Of a stretch of DNA of 64,000 nt, positions 48,401 through 60,400 are shown piece by piece. Every line of letters starts with the position of its first letter. Position 1 is the stretch's first letter. The position numbers and the translations under genes are program-made. This DNA comes from Lingula anatina (taxonomy: Eukaryota; Animalia; Brachiopoda), in assembly GCA_051362555.1 (NCBI GenBank), contig CM120646.1, positions 11,098,001 to 11,162,000 on the forward strand. The letters run 5' to 3'. Below the pieces are notes generated by a model that was not told where the DNA came from, searched no databases, and saw only the letters and a program-made list of their open reading frames with translations.

Positions 48401-51400
48401 TACTGGCAATCTAAATGTGACCTTAAAATTGACCTTTGACCTACTTTACACCATGAACTGAATTTTGCAAATTTTGCTTTCCTTTTATCTCCAAAACTGG
48501 CTGAGATAGGTCCATAGTTACTATTGAAGTTGAATAGGAAGTCCTATACTGGCAATCTAAGTGTGACCTTGAAATTGACCTTTGACCTACTTTTCATCAT
48601 GAACTGAACTCTGCTAATTTCTTTCTCTTTTAATTTCAAACTTGACAGAGATAGGTCCATAGTTTCTCTTGAACTTGAATAGGAAGTCATATACTGGCAA
48701 TTTACTGTGACCTTGAAATTGACCCTTGACCTACCTTACGAAGAACTTAAATTTGATTGTACCATATATATATTTTTTGCAATAGTTAAAAAATTCTTGT
48801 TGATTGCATTTTTACAGCTTGTCAAGCACAAAACTGGTGGCTGTGTCCCTTATTTTGTGTATGTGGGGGTCTATATGAATGCGTTTGCTCCAGCTGGTGG
48901 TACAATATTTGGAGGCGGTATCGCCTCTCTGATCCTCTAGTTAATTTATTAATTTAACTCTGTAGTGACGTGAGATTTGTAATGGTGTGAGATATTGAGT
49001 GTGCTCTAGTTTAGAGTGTGTTCTTAGGTTTTTACATTCTTTTACCTGAACTACCATCGAAAACAGTCTTCATCTCAAATCAGTTTTATGGTTCAGTTAA
49101 TGTTTTATCAATGATTTGCTCAATATGATGGAACTATATCATCTGAATCTTTATAATCAAACTTACTAAATCTTAATCCCATCATGTGCCTTAGACGTAT
49201 TGAGCTGTAAAGAAGGAATTTTGGAAAGAATGTGTAAAATGTTCTCATGTTATACTTCTTTTTATTCTTTTCTTTTTCATATATATATATATATAGTATT
49301 ATTTACTTTAGTAGCAATTCTTCATCTCATCTCAAACATGGTAGCAAGTGCTGTAACAGGCTCATCATCCTATATTTAGGCCTATATTTAGCCCTTATCC
49401 TATATTTAGTATTGATTTACATACCTTCTTTCCATGCCCATTTTGATGAGAATTGAGCACATAATAAAACTAGTAATAATAATGATGATAATAAATACTA
49501 GTAAACAGTTCTGTGCCCAGAGTGTCACACTACTGCCATGTACAGTGGGGTGTGTAACATTTGGAGAATTTACCAAGCAGATTTGGTTAGAATATCGCAT
49601 ATGGTGCATTATCAGAATTGGGATATTTATAGAGAAATCAATAGATAAATACATTCGGCACTTGGATTAGCTCCACTATAGATTCCAGAGTTCTTTGCCC
49701 TGTTTCATGTCAAGAATCTTTAGTCATTGGGTTTAAATTGGCCTTTATAACTCATCTAGCTGTGTAAAGTCAACAAAGATACCGATTAACTCACTTAAAT
49801 GGTTGACATGACTGAAGTCACAGCTTTGCACAGAAAACACTGTGAAGACATTTAAATCATGGTATTAGGATTTAGTTTTAAAAGCGTCAAGTCAGATGGA
49901 AAGACAGGGTGAGTGTCTCTTCATATCCTAATTCCTCTTGGTCAGCAAAGAATCATAGCTCACTTTTGTTTTAAGGACACTATGAAGTTAATTGTTTTTG
50001 TCAAATGTACCGGAGGTGAGTACACATGATGTCAATGCATTAGGATCAAGTGATGGCCATTTTAGGCCAGAAACTTCACTGCAGGCATTTATAGCACAGT
50101 TAACAGTATTAGCTTGCTAATAACTGGTCAGCTTAGTTAAAAAAATTAGATGTACTAGTATGATATGATAGAAAAAAGCGAAACGAAAATCCCTGGAAAA
50201 AAACTTGAGTTGCATGTAGCTCAGTGACATGTATGTTAGTGAAGTTGACATGTCAGTTATTTGATGACTGGTATTAAGTCTTGTCTCAATAGCTGAGGAT
50301 GAGTATGAAATGCTGAAGAGCCAGATTTTGAAATATACCTATATTTGGCCCTATTTACCTATATATATCATAGATCGCATTCACAACGAGTTGAGCCAGG
50401 CTTTACAAATCCTGGGGACTAAATATGGCGGACGCACGTGAAAGAAAAACTGCCTAATCTTTTAATAGTCTCTCTGCCTCTCACACGCCTCCCCATGTGT
50501 CGTCCCAATGGAGCCAAGATTTAATGACTGTCCCCCCACAGGGACGATGTGTGGGGAGGCGTGTGAGAGGCGGAGAGACTAATAAAAGATTAGGCGGTTT
50601 TTCTTTCATGTACGACTGCCATATTTAGTCCCCAGGATTTGTAAAGCCTGGCTCAACTCGTTGTGAATGCGATCTTAGTATGCTGCTGTTGCTTCTGATG
50701 GCATGCTGATGGTCAGGTCCAATGGAAAGGGGGGGGGGTGAAAAAAACTACTCTTCTGATAGGCAAAGGTCTGTACTGAATCAAAATTTGCTCTAGATTT
50801 TTTGCCATATATAAGTTGCATCAACAAAGCTTATAATATTCAGGATTTTGTTTATGGAAGAGAAAAAAAGGGAATATTATGGTGACGATAATGAAGGTTA
50901 TAGAATTGTTGTTGAAATAGATTTGTGGTTGCTATATGAGAAGAGATAAAGAGAGGGGGGAGGGGAGAGAAGGAGAAGGAGAAGGACCCCCATAGAGAGA
51001 GAGAGAGAGAAGTGTACATCAGGTGATACATGACCTCTGAGGGGGTCAGCTGAGGTCATGACCTCTCAGTTCATGTGCTCAGTTGATGTTGTTATCTTAT
51101 GAACTGTGTGGGGTGATGTTGTCACATGGGAATACACAGAAGTTATTTGGCTGAACTCAAAGATATAGCAAATTTAGTTCATTTGATTAGTAGTTATGTT
51201 GATCCAATGTATCTATTAGTTATCCCAAGATATGCCTCCGATACTGAATTACTAGCACAAATGATAAAAGATTCATGGCAAAATTTGCCAGTTTTAAGTC
51301 CAGTACCAAGCAAGAATGAAGCCAGGCCATCAGCAACAAGTTTTGATGAAATTTAGGCATTTAATGAGGGAAATTGGCCATTGATAATTTTGCCTCACCA

Positions 51401-54400
51401 ATCTGAAGTGATCAAAACTTTCAAACAATCACTAGGCTTACAGAAAGTTTTCTAAAATATTTACAGGGTCTTTCGATGATTTTTGGTAAATCAGAACAAA
51501 AATACAGGTATATATGAGGCTCAATGTCAAAATTAATTATGAAAAATAGTCAAATTAGGAAAAATATTTTAGCCTGCAATACCTTGGCAAGGCCTACAAT
51601 ACTTTCAGGGTTTCTATTTATTTTACCTTGTCCCTGTTCAGGTGCTTGAAATATTATTTCTCACTGTTTTACCAAGTTGATGGTGCTGAGCCATATCAAC
51701 TTTGTTATCATGTACTAGTACCATCCTCCATGTGATTCCATTATAAAAATGATTTCTCTAGGAAAGGAGTATTGTGATTTTTTAAAGAAGTAATCTTGTC
51801 AGCCCTGATCCCTCTTTCATGAGTTGCTTTATAATTCTGAATGCTGTGTATTTATTTTATTGTCCATGTCCTATAAATTCTGTGTTTGTAGGAAATGGGA
51901 ACGAGTGTTTCTCAACAAGGAAGTATTGAAATACATTTCTCCATGGGGGTTAGAAAGTGAAAAGTTAATGAGGCTTAAAGCAAGTGCACAGCTATATTTC
52001 AAGCCAAAAGCAGCCTCTGTTTTTTCCTTTATATTTGCTAGCAAGGGCAATTTGAGTTAATAAGCTGTGATTGCAATCAAAGTTAATCGACCCAGGAGTC
52101 CTGCAAGGAAGGAGATTACACATAAATGAGCAATGAGGTTGGAGTTCATATTATTAAAGAACTGATGCACCACACAAGTATCGATCTGACATTTTTGTGG
52201 TGTTGTGGTGAATACAGTTGTATATTTGTACATCCAAAACAAAAAAAAAGGTTGTGATTACCCAGTGGTTGAAAGAAGTATTGATTGATTTTTTTCACTG
52301 AATTTGACAATTGGTGGAGTTACCATATGATAAACCCTATGTTTATACCCCAAAGCTAAGAGCTAGGAGCTCCTTGGTTCACCCCCCCCCCCACCCCCCC
52401 CCCAGGGGAAAAAATCTGAAACATCACAGAGTCCAGTGGATTGGGCTAAAATAGGTATCAGAGAACAACAACTGTAATAAAAGGAAGGACAGATAACTGC
52501 CTACAGTGGTTTGCACATTATGGTTCAACGTAATTTGTTTTCTTCATACAAGATCTTTGTGTATTTCCTGTCAGCTGGATGTTTTCATTGTCAGGATGAG
52601 CAATGGAGTACGCCTCTTTTATAGACAATACATTGCGTATATTAATGAACAGGTGATGAGCAATTTCCTTTCATCTTTCATATCAGTTCCCCTTTGGAAA
52701 AATATCCTGAGTTTGTTTTTGCAGTCTGAGATTTTCAGATATTTGAAGGGATTCGTTATTGCTTGAATGAAGTTTATTTCGACTTTTTTTTGCAGCTTAA
52801 TTCAGCACTTTGTTGTGGATGAATTCTTAGTTTGAGATGATAATGATGGTATCTTAACAGGTAAAATAAGTAGTTTGAGTGGTACAAACAAATGTTTCAA
52901 GTGAACATAATTCAGTAACCTTGTCCCATTTTGATGGCTGATCTCTTGTTTTCTTCCTTGATATAATTTCAGGAAGCAGATACAAACTGGCAAAGGCAGT
53001 AATGATGGTGGTAGTGCTAGCAACTTTGTCTCACTTATAGATCTGTTTTGTGCTTTTTCCTCATCAGTATAGATTTTTCATAATTGCAGGAAAAAGACTT
53101 CAAGCGATGAAGGTAGCAGCGTCAATGTTTTAACATTTAAATATCAGCAGTTTGTGAACTATCCTCGGCTTTTTCCTCATCAAGGAAAATTTTTATTATT
53201 ATAGGAAGAATACCCTAAGTGATGAAGGTACTAGTAAAGTAGTATCAGTGTTTTAACAATAAAAAGTCAAGAGTCTTGCCATATAAAGGACTGTTCTGAG
53301 CCTTCTCCCAGTAATCTGTATGGATTCTTATTGCAGGAAAAAGACCTCGAGTGACGAAGGTAGCAGCATCAGTGGCAGCTCCAGCAGTATTGTACCCCAT
53401 GCACTCAGCAGTCTTTTCACCCCAGATGAGGAGAGGAAGACCCTGGTAGAAACCATGGAAGAGGGTCAGCCCCAGGGAGATCTCAGGCAACACAATGGGT
53501 GAGTGGGGGTGTTCACATCAGAACTAACTTAGATTGGAAATGGTACATAGTGGGGGGGGGGGGGGGGGGGTCCATAGGACAGTAATAACAAGTTACAGTA
53601 ATAACAACATTGAGTGACTGTCATAACAATGAAAAATCAAGTGTCAATTAAGAAAACCTATGTATTATTATATATAAGTATAGGTGCCAGGGAATCATTG
53701 TAAAATTTTTATTATTATACTAGTCAGAGTCTATGCTTGCACAATAATACAGGTACCAAAGTACAGTGTGGGGGAAGGTCAAAGCTTGTATCATGATCTT
53801 AGAAGTAGGTTAGCTGAATAAATAGTATTTAAGCATATTTGGGTAAGCTGCTTAAATAATAATATAATCATATTAATATAAGATAGATATGGAAGGGATA
53901 GTGTGATGCTCCAGAAATCTAACCAGACATGGGTATTAATTATAATTGAAATGGAACTGTTTATCATTTAAAACAATGTGTGGGCAGGATTTGTTTATAA
54001 AATCCTTAATATAATATTGATAAACAACCCACCTGACGTGTATAACGCAAGAGTTCAGCCAGCCTACGAGGACGTCATTTACCTGCCTGATTAAAATTGC
54101 ATGTGTTGGTGACAAATCCAGGTGAAACGCGTAGATCCTGTTCAGTTTGTTCTGGAAGGTTGGACTCAAAATAAGCCATTCATGGTTTAAGATGAATTAT
54201 GTTGTGAAATACTCTTAGTCTCCTGGAGGATTTTGTGGTTTTAAATACAGGATATTTATAAAAGAAGGAAATTTGCGTGAGTTATAATACACTGCAAGCT
54301 ATGAAGAAAGTAGATCTTGGATATTACTGCGATAGTGTGTGGACATGGTTTGATGATTGGTAAGGTGCTAACATTGAAGTATATACTGTATTACCTTCTC

Positions 54401-57400
54401 AAGGGATTTTAGTGTTCAAAACACACGCGCACTTAAAGTCATGCACGCAAGCACACACAGAGACACGCACTGTCACATACATACTGGTAAATTTACACTT
54501 AGCATTGTTACAATTGTTGTTATGATGCATATAGTTTTCATACTCCATTTTTTCAACTAATTTAGTTTTGGAAACTTCCAAGTTTTGAGCCCTTGGCTTT
54601 CTTTTGGTAGAAGATCTAGAAATAAAAGTATTAGTTGTCTTTAAGTACATTTTTACGTCATGTATAATGCGAAATGTATCATGATATTTGGATGCCTGGG
54701 GGACATGGGATGGATTACTGTGCAGGAAAAAATGTATTCAGTCTAAGATCAATACTGTATATATTATGTATAATTATGACATCATTAGAATTTTTTGTCA
54801 AAATTAATTGTATTTGATCTTATTGAATTCCTAGGTCTGGGACCCCATCTTCTACCAGTCTGTCTGCTACCACAGAAAGCTCCTCCACCAATGTGACCTC
54901 TGCAAAAAGTGGCGACACCGTCTCAGAAGCGGAAGACGCATCGGAACACATCGATGTAGCGTTAGTCGACAATCATTCCACTCCCACCAGTGACCGAAGT
55001 TCCCTGGGGAATTCTCATGAGAAATTGGCGGGGAAATGTCCCGAAGATTTTTACGACATAAATAGGCAATCAGCCAATGACAGTGGAGGTGGGAAAAGTA
55101 GCACGTCACGAAGCGTTGAGAAGAAAAAGAAAGGGAATACTTGGTATAATGTAAGTGACAAAAGTAACGGACTAAAATTTTCATGTTTGAAGCTGTATCT
55201 GTTTGATTTTCAGGGACGTTTCAGGACCAAACTAAGAAGTCTTATCAATTACTATTTAAAACTGGATATTGTGCAGTGTGATATCAATATGGAAAATATA
55301 TACTGATATAAAAAAGATGTGGGTATTTATATTGGATATCTTTCTATCTTTTAGTTTCATTTAAAAGTCCAGACATATATGTCTGAATTTGTGATATTTT
55401 AATATCTGAAAAGAACTGGGTTATTTTTTAGTGATATTCATTTCATAGTATGATTTCCATTTAAATTAATAAGGGTTATATTCATGCTGAAAGTATACAA
55501 ATTATACAAGACAATGATTATGTGGAAGGAAATCATACATAATTGATTGGCATTTGATATAAAAATGGCTCAAAGTATCTCATTATAAATAATTATTATC
55601 ATTGCCCACAGCTCCTGTTACACTAGTTGATCAAAACTGGGTTCCCATAAACCTATCCTTCTAGCCGGATCAATCTAACTCTGAGGGGATTCTTGCTAAT
55701 TTGCATTGTCTCTGTTTTGTGTTAGATAAACATGAATTTTTTGGACTGAATTATTTGACATGACAAACAGATTGCCATATATGCCAAAAATGTTGCCTTT
55801 AGCTTTCTGAGATTGATATCATTAGTAACTAAGGAACAGCCAGACTAAGGCTCTGTTCTCACAACTTTTAGATCGATCTATCACCGCGGGGAGTCTCACT
55901 AGATTACTGTCAGATAATCCCCCTTAAGTGTCCGTCCCCGCCTACTACAAGCTTTAAGGGGTAATTAACTTTCACGTCCGCCCGGCTGACAGCTATTTAG
56001 CGTGAACCCCCAGGGAGTTAGGTCGATCCAATGTAGGTCGATCTAATCTATGAGAATGGGGTGTAAGACCCAATTCCCATGATCACCATCAATCTAGATA
56101 GATCAATCCAACTCTGTGAGTGCAATCAGCTTAACTTTCCAATGTTCTCATATAATTATCAGTTATTTAATGCCAGGAGGTGTGTTATTCAGTTAAGCTG
56201 ATTGCACTAAGCAAGAGTCCCTACAGAGTTGGTTCGATCCACGCAGACCAATGGTATTTATGTTAATGGGGTCTAAGCCAGTGTTTAGGGACTTAATAAT
56301 TTGAAAGATATATATTTCACAGTACAGTTAGCAATGGATCAGTGAGTTGAAAGCTTATTAGGAGGATGCACCATGTCATGGAAAGCTTTTGATCCATTAA
56401 GTACAGGAATTACTTAGGAACAAGAATGGGAACTTAATCATTTTGTTTATTTACAAACTTATTGATCAAGGATTGTTCTGATTTGGCTCTTGTCTGAACT
56501 GGCTTATGTCACAGAGGACATTGTTGTCCCTATGTGCTGAAGCAACAGATTGGAGAAATCAATTAAAAGGATTTGCAGTGACGTAGATGGCTTTGTTAGA
56601 TTAAGCTATACATTTGTCGTATGATGTAATGGCAGTAGATTGCTCTGCTTACGTGATGCCAACATGACTGCATAACATTGGCAGAAAATGGTATGATGAC
56701 TTTCAGCTAAAATGGAAAACAACTTTTGAATAAATAATTATAATGGGTTTTAAGTCTGCTGTTTGTGAACAGAAGAGTTAGACCTGCACTGTATTGAGTT
56801 GATCTCTCATTAAGTATTTTATATGAAGTGCTAAAAAATTAAGAAACGAAATGATGTGCACTTTGAACTAAAACGTAAAACTCTTAATAGTAATGCTACA
56901 TAGTGATTGAAGAGCCTAGTACATATTTTTCAATCCATTATAAAGTCATGCTACATTTGACTTAGTTGCTTCTCTGTTGATAATTGTCTTAAAACTTAGA
57001 ATTTCAGAGGTTTTGCAATGTTTTGCAGTTGTATAATGTAGCACAATATTTCAGGTGGTAAACAATGTGATAGGGATAGGTTCCATCTTTTTTCTCTATT
57101 CTAGTACATGATATTGATCATGTTTAGTCATTTGTCTGTTTTTCTCTCCCATTTCCCTTTTTCATTATATACAACATATGGATAAGTTTGATAAGTATGA
57201 TTTGTGTTTTAAATCCATCAGGTGTTGAGCCCCACCTACAAGTCTAAGAGTGAAGATTTGAAGAAACTGTTTAAGGATGTTCCAAATGATGAGAGGCTGA
57301 TTGTTGGTAAGATGGTGTTATTAATTATTTTTCAGTGGGGATTACACTTTGTGATATTAAAGATGCATACAAAGTCAATTTTTTGTCACAAAAACCAACC

Positions 57401-60400
57401 AAATGCCAGCATATAGTTTTAAGTAGTATAACTAAGAGAATTACCAAAAGGCATTGTTTAATTTTACCCGAAAATGATGTTTGAACAGATTTTTCTGCTG
57501 GCATTTTAAGCTGTATGTCAATGGGGCAGGAAAGTAGGTCACGGAAGTAGGTTAAATTTACAACCATAAATTGAAAGAAAGGAGCATTCTAAAGCTCTTT
57601 TATGGCTGATCGAGTGATCTATTCAGTTTATCCCTTGGCATGTCAAATTTACTTGAGTCATATAAGAATCTAGTAGAAGTGGTTTACATGTGTTACTGGG
57701 AATCCACGCTCCACTGATGCTCGGTTCGTATGTACCTTTAAGGTCGGTGATAGGGTTAAATACGCTTAAAATCGTGTTTTTGAGTTTTTTGTGTGTTTAT
57801 ATTAATCAAAAAAGTATCTAACGTTGGATGTAATAATTTTTATGAATTTGCATCGCAAAATGCGTCTTTTGATGAGTTTTTCAACCGGCACGCGCCCCAG
57901 TCAGGCTGACAACTAAGCCACGCCTCTGTTACTAAGGGCCGTTGCCATGAGGGGGTCGGAGCACAGTTAATGAGTTATAAGCCGATTACGTGTGCGGTAA
58001 TAGGTCATAAGTCTTACATCAGCTTAGCAGCGAAGAAGTCTAGCTAGTACACTATGGGGAAGAGAAAAGTTCGTGTTAAAAGTCCCTTTCCAGAGGAAAG
58101 AAGGAAAATTTTGAGAGTAAGGCCTATGCGTGGCGGTTGGGGGAAAACCGGCCCTATTTGTTCAGTCGGATGACTGATTTCTGTATACCTAATAAATGGG
58201 TGAAAGAGTTAATCGAAACGTCTAAATTAATTGACAAATGAAAGAAAAATCGATAAAAACATAAATAAAAAAAGCTAAAAAAGGATACTTTTAGCCTAGC
58301 CTTTAATTTTTGCGATATATATCGTCGAGCGTATCTGCGACACGTTACGAAACCGGAAATGATTGTTGGTCGCCGTTTGCAAAAGGTAAATCTAATGTTG
58401 ACAAAATAAAATTTTATTCTCCAAGATATGATATCATGGAGCTTGAGAGACACGCGAAAAATTGTGATTTGAATGGCCAAACAAGAGAAATCCAAGCAAA
58501 GGTTGACAGCATGATTAAAACAATAAAAATAAAAACGCATGCATTTTGCGATATTTGGAGAAAAACAATTTCAAAATCACTGATCAAGCGGGAAGAAAGA
58601 GTTCAAGTGTCCAAAAATGAAAATCACAAAAAGACCCCGAGAATAGTCAAGGCTAGCAGGTAAAAAGCAAATAGGGTCTAAGTGTCATGTGTGTAAAAAT
58701 AAAATATTTATTCAAAAGCCTTCTCTCAGCAACTTTTACCGCTGAATCTTGTGCAGCTGAGCGTCTCCCCTTTATCTTAGCTGGCATTTTGAGCGAGACC
58801 GCTCTGAAGTAATCACTGGATTTTTCCGTTGATCTGACGACTACCAAGTGCCGTGCAAAATAATCCTGCAGCGTTACCCGTCAAAAAACTCGTATCAACA
58901 CAAGTGACGGACACTTGCTCTCGACACAGTTTTATCTGATCACTTTGCCGATAACAAAGAAGGAATCTCTCAGGTAAAATTACTCGATTGCCGAGGAAGA
59001 GCCATTGAAACGTTCAAATGCAACTTCACACCTCTTAATTGCGGTTAAACGTAATCGCCTTTGTTAGCGCTTCCTTCTACATATCCTTGACACCCTACTG
59101 GGCATCACAAGGCTAGGGCCCTCTCCAGAGCTGTCAATCAAAATGGCGGCACGCTTACATGCCTAACGAGTGGTCGGAAAATGTAACAAAAGCACGATTT
59201 TCTGCCCCTTCAAAGCACCCAAACAAAATATTTTTAGATGACAATAAGCAATGGTTCCAGCTGATCGTATAACCGATAACAGGTAAATTTGCCAGCTAAG
59301 CATTTGACTAATAAGCCCTGTTAACCAACCTGTGAACGTTTTTGGCTGTTTTAACAGCTTTCTATATTGACGAGATAAGTGAATCGCTGCCAAGTATATC
59401 TCACTATCTGAGCAACCGATCGTTACAAAAGTTGCACCTATTGTTGTTAGGAATGTGGACTACAGCATGATATCAGGGGTTTAAGAGAAAATTGTTTGTT
59501 TGAAAGATATCGCCTTTTGAAGTGAATAAGCCATTGAAATATGGGGTAATTTAACGTAAAAGATGATAAAATCAAAAGTAAATAGTTTAAGACAATTCCC
59601 TGGTACCGCGCTGAAGTGCTTTCACCCAGCTTTATGAGGCCTTTTGAATCACTTGAATAGCTGTCTTGGTTATAGAGAAAATCCCAATACCGAAAACGGC
59701 ATTTTTCCCCTCAAATTGGCGCCAGAGCGTCATCCGTTGGACACTGTACTTAATCCCCGTCTTTAATTGGCCTTTTGGGAAGTTTGTTTTAATTTTTTAT
59801 AAAAACTTATAAGCCCAGGGCTTTGTTTCTATGACTTTGGTCCTTTTACTATCACCGGCCTTAAGTTATTAGAAAACATGCAGGGATCTGCATGAGTTGG
59901 GGGGTTATTGTTTAGCGATAAGGGTAAAACGTAATGACACACAACATGAATTCATATCACTGTGCATTATAGTTTGACAGCTGAAGAGAAAAACAGCCAT
60001 ATAAATTAACAATATGACTCTAACAATAAATTATTTAGAGTTAGCAAGTGGTATTCAGCTCTGTAATTGCCAGCCAGCAACTGCAATCAGCTCCAGTATT
60101 TTAAGGTCAATGTGGCTTTGTTTTGAAAATAGAATTTAGATAATCATTATTTTCTAAAATAATTTTTAAATATTAAAAAAAAATATATTAATTATTTTTT
60201 AGATTACTCCTGTGCCCTTCAGAGGGACATCCTGACCCACGGCAGATTGTACATCACACAGAACTGGATCTGCTTCTATGCCAAGATTTTTGGCTGGGAG
60301 ACTGCGGTAAGACACCTGCAGATTACAAATGCATGCACATACACATGCATGTATGCTCGCACACACACACATTTACACCACTGTAGATTTCACACATACA

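Noticed and set aside
46578-48730. 146-bp array as a CRISPR or coding repeat
   Set aside because: Whole units are near-identical, there is no long ORF, and it lies inside a HINE-type element.
58310-58663. 117-aa ORF as an independent gene
   Set aside because: It lies within a TIR element, has no recognisable domain, and is at best a transposon remnant.
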